From the NCBI GenBank assembly GCA_037443185.1, contig JBBIOV010000001.1, forward strand, positions 10,866 to 74,865: DNA of 64,000 nucleotides, read 5' to 3'. Each line of letters starts with the position of its first letter. Positions within the stretch are counted from its first letter, which is position 1. A program made the translations under genes and the position numbers. Of this stretch, positions 1-10,035 are shown in pieces. This DNA comes from a bacterium. Lineage in GTDB: Bacteria; Patescibacteriota; Minisyncoccia; 2-01-FULL-47-10; JBBIMT01. The notes below the pieces were generated by a model that searched no databases, was not told the DNA's origin, and was given only the letters and a program-made list of their open reading frames with translations.

Positions 1-2
1 TT

Positions 3-458
3 CCTAAAATAAAAGAGTTTGCTGATAAGATTGGTTTTAAAGTTGTATCAATTAAATCCGGCAAATTAAAAGATATAACTTCGCCTTTTAAAGATATTAC
101 TGCGGAAGAAGAAAATATTTTACAAAAATTAGTTGATGAAAGTTATGAATATTTTGTTGGTTCAGTTGCTGAAGGCAGAAAACTTTCTCTTGCTCAAGTT
201 AGGGAATTAGCTGATGGCAGCGTTTTTTCTGGCAATTATGCCAAAGAATTAAAATTAGTTGATGAAGTAGGTTTTTTTGAAGATGCTAAAAAGCAAATCG
301 AAGAGCTTTTGGGCGCTCAAACGCCTTTAACTTATAAGCGTTATTATTTTTTACAAAGTCCCATTGAGAAATTGTTAGGGCTTTTAATGAATAAGTTCAA
401 TGCTTTAGAAAATCTTTTTTCAAGTCGTTTCTGGCGTACTCTTTATCTGTGGGAGTAA
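3..458 (+). CDS. sppA: Signal peptide peptidase SppA (S49), 5'-truncated by window edge
   Basis: Manual translation of frame 3: ...KIGFKVVSIKSGKLKDITSPFKDIT...FVGSVAEGRKL...LADGSVFSGNYAKELKLVDEVG...LYLWE*; typical S49 C-terminal half; overlaps the fmt 3' end convergently by 39 nt. Confidence 0.9.
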   Translation, partial: PKIKEFADKIGFKVVSIKSGKLKDITSPFKDITAEEENILQKLVDESYEYFVGSVAEGRKLSLAQVRELADGSVFSGNYAKELKLVDEVGFFEDAKKQIEELLGAQTPLTYKRYYFLQSPIEKLLGLLMNKFNALENLFSSRFWRTLYLWE

Positions 459-1391
459 TTTGTTGTTTTTATTTAAAAAGCCTCGTAAAAATTCTTCAGA
501 GGTCATTTCTTTTTTTCCTGCAGGTTTAAGTTTTTCAATTAACAAAACGCCATCTTTTACTTTTAAGCATAGCTTTTGATTATAAACAAAGAAAATAGAA
601 GGTGGCTGCGGAATTGATTTTTTCAAAACCGATGCTTTTAAAATTTGGATTCTGATCTTTTCAAAATAAGTGTAAGCAATGGGCCAAGGTTGATACGCGC
701 GAATTTTTCTTTCTATTAAATCAACTGGTTCGTTGAAATTAATTTGAGCCTCATTTTTTTTAATCAGTGAGGTATATGTTGCTTTTAAGTTATCTTGGGG
801 TTGAACTTTTAGTTTACCAGTTAGATAATTAGGAAGAATTTTTTTTAGAAGTTTAACGCCTTCTATTGCCATTTTCTTTTCTAAAGATCCAGTTGTGTCT
901 TCTTGGGTGATAGCAATTTTTTCTTGGGCAATGATTGGACCGGCATCTAACTCTTTTGATATTTTAATTAAAGTTATACCTGTTTCTTTTTCATTATTTA
1001 TTATAGTCGCTTGAGTTGGTGAAGGTCCACGATATTTTGGCAAAAGTGACGGATGAATATTTATAATACCAAAAGGCTCAAAAATATTTAAAATATCTTG
1101 TGGGATTATTTTCCCATAAGCCGCTAATATTCCAAATTGTACATTTAATTGTCTCAATAGATTAGCAAATTTGTTATCTAATTTCAATGGTTGCCAAATT
1201 TCAATTTTATCGTTAAATTTCAAATTATGAATTTTTACTTCTTTTTTAACTGGCGTTTCTTTAATTTGATATCCTCTTCCTGAGGGTTTATCTGGCTGGG
1301 TAATAACCAAAATTGGCTTATATCCTATGTTAAGTAGCCCTTTTAAGATATCAGCGGCAAATTCGGAAGTGCCCCAAAAAATAAACCTCAT
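420..1391 (-). CDS. fmt: Methionyl-tRNA formyltransferase
   Basis: FWGTSEFA, TQPDKPSGRG, NIHPSLLPKYRGPSP, ELDAGPI motifs; adjacent to def. Confidence 0.97.
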   Translation of the reverse strand: MRFIFWGTSEFAADILKGLLNIGYKPILVITQPDKPSGRGYQIKETPVKKEVKIHNLKFNDKIEIWQPLKLDNKFANLLRQLNVQFGILAAYGKIIPQDILNIFEPFGIINIHPSLLPKYRGPSPTQATIINNEKETGITLIKISKELDAGPIIAQEKIAITQEDTTGSLEKKMAIEGVKLLKKILPNYLTGKLKVQPQDNLKATYTSLIKKNEAQINFNEPVDLIERKIRAYQPWPIAYTYFEKIRIQILKASVLKKSIPQPPSIFFVYNQKLCLKVKDGVLLIEKLKPAGKKEMTSEEFLRGFLNKNNKLLPQIKSTPETT

Positions 1392-1400
1392 AAATTTTTA

Positions 1401-1895
1401 TTATTTTTGCCATTTATCACAAATTAATATACCATTTAAATGATCTGTTTCATGTTGAATAACTCTTGCTAGTAATCCTTTAGCATGTAATTTAAACTTT
1501 TTTCCGTCTTGATCTTGGGCGACTAAAACGAGTTTTTTTGATCTTAAAACCACTCCTTTTTTGCCTGGTAAACTTAAACAACCTTCTTCATCCAATTGCT
1601 TTTGTGTTGAAAGCTTTTTTATTTGGGCGTTAATGAAAACATAACCCCCTTCTATCGGCTTGGGAGTTATTTTTTCGAATCTCCATCCTGACAACTCTTT
1701 ATCAAAAGCCATCTCATCAATGACAAATAGCTTAATATTTTTACCAATTTGAGGAGCGGCTAAACCAATACCATTTACCTCTTTCATTTTTTTTATCATT
1801 AAAGGAAAAAGCGCTTGAAGTTCCGGGGTAATTTTTAATATATCAACCGATATTTTTCGCAATATTTTATTTTTTGGTCCAACTTCAAGTTCCAT
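1401..1895 (-). CDS. def: Peptide deformylase
   Basis: GIGLAAPQIG, EGCLS, QHETDHLNG motifs. Confidence 0.97.
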   Translation of the reverse strand: MELEVGPKNKILRKISVDILKITPELQALFPLMIKKMKEVNGIGLAAPQIGKNIKLFVIDEMAFDKELSGWRFEKITPKPIEGGYVFINAQIKKLSTQKQLDEEGCLSLPGKKGVVLRSKKLVLVAQDQDGKKFKLHAKGLLARVIQHETDHLNGILICDKWQK

Positions 1896-1945
1896 AGCGT
1901 TAAATTTATTTTAAATTATCTTATTTAATTTTAAAAAAATAAACA

Positions 1946-3793
1946 CTATAAAATCGTTTTAGGTTCAACATCAATATCAGCTTTAACAGGAATTAATTGC
2001 AATAATTTATTTTTATACTTAAATGAATTTAAAGAAAATTTCATTATAATATTATAACTTAAGTTTTTTTTAGATATTTTTTTTAAAGGACCTTGTAATA
2101 TTATGTCATTTTCTGTCAAGTTAAATTTTTTTATACATAACTTAACTGCTTCTGATAAAACATCAAAAAGCATTTTGGCGCGAGGTAAAAGATTCATTTT
2201 TTTAGCAACAAGAGTAAGCTTGACAATCTTATAAAAAGGAGGATATTTCATCATTTTTCGTAATGTTAATTCCTCATTGAAATCAAATTGTTCTAAAAAA
2301 TCTTGGAATGATTGAATTATTAATTTTTGGGAAAGGCTATTTAGTTTCAATAGATTAAGATAAGTTTTTTCTTTTGCATTATAATCAGGAAAAAATAAGT
2401 CATAATCTATATTTAAAACGACTGCCAAATCAACTGGAGGGTAAAAATCTGGTGTGATTTTAAATAACAAGGAGGTACCAATTAAAACAGCGGGAGATGA
2501 AGCGTAAAATTCTTTGATTATCTCTAATTGTTTTTTATTTGTTAGCGCGTTATTTAAATCAAATTTAAAAATTTTCAACTGAGGAAAATTTTCTTTTATT
2601 TTTTTATAAATAAATTCACCACCTAATTGAAAATAGCCAAAGTTATGACCTTTGCACTTTGGACAAAAATTAAAAGCATTGTCTATTTTCTGGCAGATAT
2701 GACATATTAAATGATTATCTTGTAAATGTAAACTTAAAAAACATCTATTACATTTTGGCACAAAGCCGCAATTTTTACATAAAACAACTTTAGCATACCC
2801 TTTTTTATTGAGATATAAAAGCGCTCTTTTTTTAGTATTGATAATCTTATTTAAATTTTCTTGAAGTGCCTCTGAAAAAATTTTTTCTTCATTTATCAAT
2901 GAATCATTGTCTTTAAGTTTGATAAATTGGTATGGAGCAATAAATTCTTTTTTTTGGTGATTTTTTAAGGATATAAAGTGAGAACCTAATACTTGATCCA
3001 CTAATAAAACTTTTATGCCCAGTTTTTGATTAAAAATTTTAAGCGCTGTTCTGGCGTCATATTTTGGGTGTTGGTCCCAAGATTTAAAATAATCGCTGTT
3101 GGCGTTGTATAAAATAATAAGATTAACTTTAGAATTTAGATACCATAGCGCGGTTTTTGTGCCAACAATAACTCCTTTTGTAAGTTTTTGAGAAGTTTGC
3201 CAACTTTGAAGTTTTTTTTGAGGAGATAGTTTTGAGTAAATTAAAACAGTGTTTGAAAAATTTTTTAGATAGTTGCTCCAATTTTTAGCTGCGATTATAT
3301 CAGGAGTTAAAAATAAAGTTACCCCTGGATTTTGTTGAATTTGGTGTAAAAGTACTTCTTTGTTAAAATCATATGCTTGGAATATTATCTTTTGTTTTTG
3401 ATGAGTAAATTCATTTTGTTTAAAAAGATAATTTTTAAAGAACATTTTTTTTGTAATTATTTTTGGAAAAAAAAGCTGCAAAAATAAACCCAAGGGTTCA
3501 TAATAATATTTTGCCATCTCAATTGCAATTTCTATCTGCCATTTTTGCAAAAACGGTTTTGCGCACAATATTTTTTTTATTTTCCTTAAAGTAAAGTTAG
3601 CCGTTTTTTTTAAATGTATTTTTCTTGAAGGGATAAGTTTTTCATTAGAAATAACCACCCCGGCGATATCGCGATTTTTCAAAGAAATCAAAACAATTGA
3701 ACCTATTTTTAATTGACGGCTGCTAAAATAGATTAAAGTTTGTGGATTGGGTAAAGAAATTTTGGTTAATGGCGCTACGGACAAAATAAACAT
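1946..3793 (-). CDS. priA: Primosomal protein N' (PriA) with degenerate helicase motifs
   Basis: N-terminal 3'-binding-like domain, four CxxC (CKNC, CNRC, CHIC, CPKC), KYDAR and YPPF motifs, priA-def-fmt synteny; Walker A and DEEH not recognisable. Confidence 0.88.
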   Translation of the reverse strand: MFILSVAPLTKISLPNPQTLIYFSSRQLKIGSIVLISLKNRDIAGVVISNEKLIPSRKIHLKKTANFTLRKIKKILCAKPFLQKWQIEIAIEMAKYYYEPLGLFLQLFFPKIITKKMFFKNYLFKQNEFTHQKQKIIFQAYDFNKEVLLHQIQQNPGVTLFLTPDIIAAKNWSNYLKNFSNTVLIYSKLSPQKKLQSWQTSQKLTKGVIVGTKTALWYLNSKVNLIILYNANSDYFKSWDQHPKYDARTALKIFNQKLGIKVLLVDQVLGSHFISLKNHQKKEFIAPYQFIKLKDNDSLINEEKIFSEALQENLNKIINTKKRALLYLNKKGYAKVVLCKNCGFVPKCNRCFLSLHLQDNHLICHICQKIDNAFNFCPKCKGHNFGYFQLGGEFIYKKIKENFPQLKIFKFDLNNALTNKKQLEIIKEFYASSPAVLIGTSLLFKITPDFYPPVDLAVVLNIDYDLFFPDYNAKEKTYLNLLKLNSLSQKLIIQSFQDFLEQFDFNEELTLRKMMKYPPFYKIVKLTLVAKKMNLLPRAKMLFDVLSEAVKLCIKKFNLTENDIILQGPLKKISKKNLSYNIIMKFSLNSFKYKNKLLQLIPVKADIDVEPKTIL

Positions 3794-3799
3794 ATCTTG

Positions 3800-3843
3800 A
3801 TTATAGTAAAGGCGTTGAATAAATGCAAATGTTATCTTACAAT
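3800..3843. promoter_or_regulatory. Overlapping divergent sigma70-type promoters (priA and tagA-like operon)
   Basis: Minus: TTGCAT(3828-3823)-N17-TATAAT(3805-3800)-N6-ATG; plus: TTGAAT(3815-3820)-N17-TACAAT(3838-3843). Confidence 0.6.
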
Positions 3844-3900
3844 AAGACTTAATTAATGCTAATGCTTTAGTGGGGTTTTATAAAATTTGAGAAATTTTTT

Positions 3901-4731
3901 ATGACGTTTTTTAATTTAGATATTCAAAATTATAAAGATTGGGAAGAATTGCTTCAACACTTAAAAAATAGAATCAAAGAAAAAAACAAGAGCCAAATAG
4001 TAACTTTTAATCCTGAAATGTTAGTTTGCGCTCAAAAAGATATTATTTTTTTTAACATTTTGAAAAAATCACTCCTTATCCCTGACGGGTTTGGTATTAT
4101 TTTGGCATCTAAAATTTTAGGCAGATCTCAGCTTAAAAGATATCCTGGAGTTGATATCATAGAACAAATGCTTCAAAGCAATCTTTTTAAAGATTGTTTA
4201 TTTTATTTTTTTGGAGCAAGCCAAAAAACTTTAAAAAAATTGGCATTTAAAATTCAATCTAAAAACTTTAAAGATCCTCGCTTTGTCGGTTTTTATCCTG
4301 GTGAAATCGATTTAATCTATCGCCTTCGAACCCTCGAAAAAGTTTATTTTAACAAAATTAGAAGCAAAAAAACTCCTGAGGTTCAAGCTTTAGATTTGAT
4401 AGATTATACGACACCAACAATCGTCAATAAAATTAATGAGGCAAAACCTGATGTTTTATTTGTGGCGCTTGGTTCACCGTTGCAGGAAAAATGGATTTAT
4501 TATAATTTACCAAAATTAAATAGTGTAAAATTGGCTATCGGAGTCGGTGGCGCTTTTGATATTTTATCTGGCTTGAAGCCTCGTGCTCCTTTATTTTTAC
4601 GGCGTTCTGGTTTAGAATGGTTGTGGCGGCTAAGCCTGGAACCTAAAAGAATGAAAAGAATTTATAATGCAACTTTTAAATTTTTTTGGATTGTATTAAA
4701 GGAAGTTTTTAAAAAACACCAAAAAAATTAG
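3901..4731 (+). CDS. WecB/TagA/CpsF family glycosyltransferase (GT26)
   Basis: VTFNPEM, IPDGFG, LFVALGSPLQEKW, GVGGAFD, GLEWLWRL motifs. Confidence 0.95.
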   Translation: MTFFNLDIQNYKDWEELLQHLKNRIKEKNKSQIVTFNPEMLVCAQKDIIFFNILKKSLLIPDGFGIILASKILGRSQLKRYPGVDIIEQMLQSNLFKDCLFYFFGASQKTLKKLAFKIQSKNFKDPRFVGFYPGEIDLIYRLRTLEKVYFNKIRSKKTPEVQALDLIDYTTPTIVNKINEAKPDVLFVALGSPLQEKWIYYNLPKLNSVKLAIGVGGAFDILSGLKPRAPLFLRRSGLEWLWRLSLEPKRMKRIYNATFKFFWIVLKEVFKKHQKN

Positions 4732-4732
4732 G

Positions 4733-6118
4733 ATGAAGATTGCCAAATCAATTTACTTTATTGGAATCAAGGGTGCTGGAATGAGCGCCCTGGCTTTAAT
4801 CTATAAAAAATTAGGAGCTACGGTATTGGGCTCAGATGTTCAAGAAATATTTTTTAGTGATGATATTTTAAAAAAAGAAAAAATAAAAATATTGCCTGGT
4901 TTTAAAGCCGAAAATATTACTTCTGATTATGATTTAATTATTGTTTCAAATGCTTATTTAAATAATAAAAATCCCGAATATGTTGAGGCTTTAGAAAAAG
5001 GATATGAAGTTTTAAGTTACCCGGAAGCTGTGGCAACGCTCTTTAACCAATGTTTTGGAATCGCTGTTGCCGGAAGTCACGGTAAAACCACAACTAGTGG
5101 TATGATAGCTGAAATTTTAAATTATGCGAAATTACCTTTTATTGCACTGGTAGGTTCAGAAATTTTAAATGTAAAAAGTAATGCAATAGTAAAAACTCCA
5201 AACACCAAACTTTTTACAAGGATTAGACACATTTTGAACAAACGAATTCCAAGTTCTCCGTTCTTTGTTCTTGAGGCAGATGAATATAAAGAGGCATTTT
5301 TAAACTATACTCCGAAAATTTTGTTGATAACAAACATTGATTGGGACCATCCTGATTATTTTAAAAAAGAAATAGACTATATTAATGCTTTTAAGAAGTT
5401 TATTCAAAAAACCATTACAAATGGCGGTAAAGTAATTTTATTTAAAGACGCTTTAAAAACCCTTGGACTTTACAACTTTCAAGGTTGGACCTCTATAGAA
5501 GTATATGACAGGGAACTGAAGTTTAATCTAAAAGTTGCTGGTGAGTTTAATCAATATAACGCAAATGGCGCTTACAAAGTTGCCAAAAAATTAGGTATTA
5601 AAGATTTTTTAATTAAAGAAGCGCTTGAAAAATTTAAAGGAACTCGTAGAAGAATGGAAAAACATTATCTGGATATTAATTATTTAAAAACTCGACTGCG
5701 AATTTTTTTTATTGATGATTACGCTCATCATCCAACTGAAATTGCTGAAACTTTAACGGCAATAAAGCAAAAATTCAAAAATAAAAAAATCTGGGTTTTC
5801 TTTCAGCCTCATACTTACTCGCGCACTAAAGCTTATTTTTCACAATTTATTAAGGCGCTGCAATTGGCAGATAAAGTGAGTATTGTAGAAACATTTGCAT
5901 CGGCTAGAGAAACGAAAGGATTTTCTGCTCGAAATATTTCTAGAAAAATTAAGGGAGCGACTTTTCATAAAACTATAAAAGATGCAGCAGTATTTTTGTT
6001 TAGATTCATCATAGATAGTCGAAATTTTATGAAAAATTATATTATTATAACAATGGGTGCTGGGGATATTAATAAATTAATAAATGAAGTTTGGAAACAA
6101 TCGAAACAAAATGCTTAA
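4733..6118 (+). CDS. murC: UDP-N-acetylmuramate--L-alanine ligase
   Basis: FIGIKGAGMS, AGSHGKTTT, EADE, DDYAHHPTEI, FQPHTYSRT. Confidence 0.95.
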   Translation: MKIAKSIYFIGIKGAGMSALALIYKKLGATVLGSDVQEIFFSDDILKKEKIKILPGFKAENITSDYDLIIVSNAYLNNKNPEYVEALEKGYEVLSYPEAVATLFNQCFGIAVAGSHGKTTTSGMIAEILNYAKLPFIALVGSEILNVKSNAIVKTPNTKLFTRIRHILNKRIPSSPFFVLEADEYKEAFLNYTPKILLITNIDWDHPDYFKKEIDYINAFKKFIQKTITNGGKVILFKDALKTLGLYNFQGWTSIEVYDRELKFNLKVAGEFNQYNANGAYKVAKKLGIKDFLIKEALEKFKGTRRRMEKHYLDINYLKTRLRIFFIDDYAHHPTEIAETLTAIKQKFKNKKIWVFFQPHTYSRTKAYFSQFIKALQLADKVSIVETFASARETKGFSARNISRKIKGATFHKTIKDAAVFLFRFIIDSRNFMKNYIIITMGAGDINKLINEVWKQSKQNA

Positions 6119-7124
6119 AGTCGCTATAATTATTTTAAATTATAATTGCTGGAAGCATACGATAGAAACAGTCCAATCGGTAATTAAAAATGATTATTCA
6201 AATTTTGAAGTTTTTGTCGTTGATAATTGTTCTACCGATGATTCTTGGCAAAAGTTAAATCAATGGTACGCAACTTTCGGAAGCTTTAGTTTAAAATTAA
6301 AGTCTTCATTTTTTTTAGTACAAAATCCAGTCAATAATGGTTTTGCTGGCGGAAATAATTTTGGTATGAAAATAGCTGCCAAAAAAGGAGCCGACTATTT
6401 TTTAATTTTAAATCCGGATGTTGAGGTGGAAAAAAATTTTTTAAGCGAGATGGTAAAATTTTATGAAAATTCGTTAAAAAGTAAAACTCGAAACTTGTCA
6501 AAACAAAAAATTGGTTTTGTTGGTCCTCGCATTTTTTATTATCATAACCGAAATTTAATTTATTCAAACGGTGGAAAAATCAACTGGAGTTTTACAGAAG
6601 GCAAGCTAATAGATAATGGGGAAAATTTTAAAAATATTGCTTTTGTAACGCCTTTTGCTGTTAAAAATCAAAAAGAGTCAAGGAATAAAGGTGTTAAAGA
6701 AATGCCATTTGAAACTGATTATGTTTCTGGAACAGCACTGTTGATCCATAAAAATGTATTAAATGATATCGGTTTGATGGATGAATCTTTTTTTCTTTAT
6801 TATGAAGACACCGAGTGGGCTTTAAGAGCTTCAAAAAAGGGATATAAACATTTTATCGTGCCTTCTTCTATTATTTATCATAAAGAATCAGTAAGTACTG
6901 GTAAATTTTCTTATAATTACTTTTATTACCACACCCGCAACGCTTTAATGATGGCAAAAAAACACGGCAATATTTTTATCAAAATTTATTTATTTTTTTT
7001 TATTATCCAAAAAATAATAAAACAATTTTTCAAATTGATTTTTGTTCCCTCAAAAAGACTCTGGGCAAAAGCTATTTTAAAAGGAATATGGGATTATCTA
7101 ATTAATCATAAAGGTAAAATCTAA
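6111..7124 (+). CDS. GT2 family glycosyltransferase
   Basis: IIILNYN, VVDNCS, NNGFAGGNN, LNPD, FFLYYEDTEW; start moved to ATG 6111 overlapping the murC stop. Confidence 0.93.
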   Translation: MLKVAIIILNYNCWKHTIETVQSVIKNDYSNFEVFVVDNCSTDDSWQKLNQWYATFGSFSLKLKSSFFLVQNPVNNGFAGGNNFGMKIAAKKGADYFLILNPDVEVEKNFLSEMVKFYENSLKSKTRNLSKQKIGFVGPRIFYYHNRNLIYSNGGKINWSFTEGKLIDNGENFKNIAFVTPFAVKNQKESRNKGVKEMPFETDYVSGTALLIHKNVLNDIGLMDESFFLYYEDTEWALRASKKGYKHFIVPSSIIYHKESVSTGKFSYNYFYYHTRNALMMAKKHGNIFIKIYLFFFIIQKIIKQFFKLIFVPSKRLWAKAILKGIWDYLINHKGKI

Positions 7125-7143
7125 AAAATATGATATTTAAAAT

Positions 7144-7260
7144 ATGAATGTAAAAAATAGAGGAATAATTAATGCGGTATCTAAAATAAAATGGTGGTAT
7201 ACCATTGATTTGGGCAATGATATTGTGACACCAAAAATGATTTTTAAAAGGGTAAATTAA
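7144..7260 (+). pseudogene. Probable N-terminal remnant of a class I SAM methyltransferase
   Basis: 38-aa ORF MNVKNRGIINAVSKIKWWYTIDLGNDIVTPKMIFKRVN; WWxTIDLGNxIVTP resembles the N-terminal motif of DUF1698/CmoB-like methyltransferases; no SAM-binding motif follows. Confidence 0.55.
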
Positions 7261-7267
7261 CATACTC

Positions 7268-8398
7268 ATGAAAATTGGTATTGATGCGCGAAGTTTAGAG
7301 GGCAAAAGAACTGGGGTAGGGCGATATTTGGAAAATCTGCTTAAATTTTGGCGTTATGAAAAAGATTGCCGCTTTTTTTTATTCTTCAAACAAGAAATTC
7401 CGCAGGAGAAATTTCTAAAAACAGATAATTTTCAATTAGTTTTACAAAAAACAAAAAGTAATTTTTTATTTACTCATAAAACCTTGCCGCATTTGATAAA
7501 AAAATATCAGTGCGATATTTTCTTTTCACCTGGCTATATTCTCCCTTTATTTATTTACACCCCAGCCGCTTTAACTTTACATGATATCATTTACGAAGCG
7601 CGTCCTGATTTATATAATTGGCCTTCGAAAGCTGATTTATTTAATTTAAAATTAATTTCCAAATTATCAGCTCAAAAAGCTAAAATCATTTTTACTCCAT
7701 CTGAATTTACTAAAGAAGAAATTTGTAAATTTTATAAAATCAATTCACAAAAAATTATTGTTACGCCGCTGGCGGCCGATGAATGTTTTTTTATTGATAC
7801 AATTCCCCGTCAATTAAGCGAAAAAATTTTTTTTTCAAAATTTAATTTACCGAAAAATTATTTATTTTTTGCTGGTGCTTGTCTTGAAAGACGACATATT
7901 AAAGAAATTATTTTTGCTGTTGTAAAATTAATCAAAAGGGGATATAATATTGGCTTTTTGATAGCCGGACCTGATTTAACAGAAAAAAAAGATATTGCCT
8001 CTATCGCTTCCAATATTAATAAAGCATTTAATAAAAAAGTGATTTTTTATGAACCATATATTGATTCAAAAATTTTGACTTTTTTATATTATAAGGCGCA
8101 AGCATTAATATATCTTTCTGATTATGAAGGTTTTGGTTTGCCCATTATTGAAGCGATGGCTTCCTCTTGTCCTGTCATTACCGGGCCAGCTCAAGCCTTG
8201 AAAGAAACAGCAGGAGATTCTGCTTTGATTGTTAAGAATATCTCTGAGGGGGAAATTTATGATAAAATTAAGTTGATTTTGGACAATAAAGACTTAAGAG
8301 AAGATTTGAAAAAGCGTGGCTTAAAAAGAGTTAAAGAATTTTCCTGGCAAAAAACCGCTGAAATTACTATTGCAAAAATCAAAGAAATAAAAACTTAA
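7268..8398 (+). CDS. GT4 family glycosyltransferase (MtfB-like)
   Basis: MKIGIDAR, TGVGRY, TLHD, YEGFGLPIIEAMA, FSWQKTA. Confidence 0.95.
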   Translation: MKIGIDARSLEGKRTGVGRYLENLLKFWRYEKDCRFFLFFKQEIPQEKFLKTDNFQLVLQKTKSNFLFTHKTLPHLIKKYQCDIFFSPGYILPLFIYTPAALTLHDIIYEARPDLYNWPSKADLFNLKLISKLSAQKAKIIFTPSEFTKEEICKFYKINSQKIIVTPLAADECFFIDTIPRQLSEKIFFSKFNLPKNYLFFAGACLERRHIKEIIFAVVKLIKRGYNIGFLIAGPDLTEKKDIASIASNINKAFNKKVIFYEPYIDSKILTFLYYKAQALIYLSDYEGFGLPIIEAMASSCPVITGPAQALKETAGDSALIVKNISEGEIYDKIKLILDNKDLREDLKKRGLKRVKEFSWQKTAEITIAKIKEIKT

Positions 8399-8403
8399 AT
8401 AAT

Positions 8404-9990
8404 ATGATTGGCTTACTTGGGACAAATTTATCTAAATTATATTTTTTTCAAATTGTAATTATCTTTCTTTTAATTTTGAATATTTTGCCACTTTATTATT
8501 CATGGGTTATTGTTGCTATTGCTATTTATTTTTTTTATAAAGAAAGTCTTGAAAAATGTTTTTATTATTTTATTTGTTCATTGCCTTTTTTCATTGCGAC
8601 GCCCTTTTTTTCTTTTGAATCTTTAAGTTTATGGAGATCTTTTTCGCTTTTATTGATAATAAAATATTTATTAAGTACTCAAACGATTAGAAAATCTTTT
8701 AATCTTTTAAAAAATATTAGTAATAAAAAATTTACTTTTAAAAAGTTAAGCCCGGAAGTTTTTAGTTTAGTTGTTTTTTTTACTTTATTATTTTTTGGAA
8801 TATTTATCGCGCAAGATAAAATCGCTGCTATAAGAGGAATTTTATATTATCTTAATATTGTCATCATTGGTTTTTTGTCCTGGAGTATTATCAAAAATAA
8901 AATAGTCTTTGATAAAACTATAAAATCTATTTTTTTAAGCAGTGTCATTATTTTATTTATTGCCATTTTACAAGAAATTGCTGTTTTTATTGTTTCTTTA
9001 AATCAATTTTGGAATTTTTGGGCTAAGGGTCCAATACTTGTGTATTATGGAGAAAATCTTTCAAACTTATTACTGCAATCTAATACTTGGTTTTCTTATT
9101 GGCCTGGGGATTTCGCAACTTTACGCGCTTTTTCAATTTTTCAAGATTCTCATTCTTTTGGGTTAATGATGGTTTTTTTATTGGTCATATCTATTTATTT
9201 GCTTTTTAATTTTTCGAAAAAAAGCGAAAATTCTAAAAAAGTAGCATTGTTTTTAAAATTGAAATTTTATTTTATTATTATTTTATCTCTTTTATTTATA
9301 ATTTTATCAGGCACACGAGGGTTGTGGGTGTCGTTTTATTTAGTATTAGCCCCGATACTTCTTGCTTTAAGCTATTTTTTAAAAAATGAAATATTTTCGT
9401 CTTACAAAAAAGATATTTTTAAATTAATCATTATTTTTACTGCTTGTTTTTTTGTTGCTTCTGGGTTATGGGTTGCTCAAATTTATATACAAAATACCAT
9501 TAAACCCCCGGCAGAAATTTTGCTTGCCTTTAAGCGTATTAAAAGTTCTTTTGATACAAATGAAATTTCCAATAAGGGTAGAATAGAAATTTGGAAAAAA
9601 AGCATAGAGACTGCAATAAAAAATCCTTTCTTTGGCGTGGGACCAGGAAACTTTCCAGTGGCTTTAAACGAGGAAGTTTTTAATGCTAAAAAGGGCGCTT
9701 CCGCTCATAATTTGTATCTTCAATTTTTGGTTGAAAATGGTTTGTTAGGGCTTTTTAACGTTTTTTTTCTTTTTTATCGGATTTTTTACCAAACATATCA
9801 TAAATTATCTTTGAAAAAAAATAATTTCTATGCTTTTAGTTTTTTCATTGCCTTCTTATGGCTTTTGGCATATAATCTATTTGACATCGCGCTTTTGAAT
9901 GATAGAATCTTCATCATTTTTACGATATTAGTAATTTTATTGTATAAGTCTGACATATTGACAAATATAAAATTTCGTAGCAATTTATAA
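8404..9990 (+). CDS. O-antigen ligase/polymerase (Wzy_C) family membrane protein
   Basis: Many hydrophobic segments; SGTRG, RIEIWK, GVGPGNF, AHNLYLQ. Confidence 0.9.
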   Translation: MIGLLGTNLSKLYFFQIVIIFLLILNILPLYYSWVIVAIAIYFFYKESLEKCFYYFICSLPFFIATPFFSFESLSLWRSFSLLLIIKYLLSTQTIRKSFNLLKNISNKKFTFKKLSPEVFSLVVFFTLLFFGIFIAQDKIAAIRGILYYLNIVIIGFLSWSIIKNKIVFDKTIKSIFLSSVIILFIAILQEIAVFIVSLNQFWNFWAKGPILVYYGENLSNLLLQSNTWFSYWPGDFATLRAFSIFQDSHSFGLMMVFLLVISIYLLFNFSKKSENSKKVALFLKLKFYFIIILSLLFIILSGTRGLWVSFYLVLAPILLALSYFLKNEIFSSYKKDIFKLIIIFTACFFVASGLWVAQIYIQNTIKPPAEILLAFKRIKSSFDTNEISNKGRIEIWKKSIETAIKNPFFGVGPGNFPVALNEEVFNAKKGASAHNLYLQFLVENGLLGLFNVFFLFYRIFYQTYHKLSLKKNNFYAFSFFIAFLWLLAYNLFDIALLNDRIFIIFTILVILLYKSDILTNIKFRSNL

Positions 9991-10035
9991 TTTTTTATTT
10001 ATCTTTAAACATTTATTAATTCTTTGCTTGTTTCT

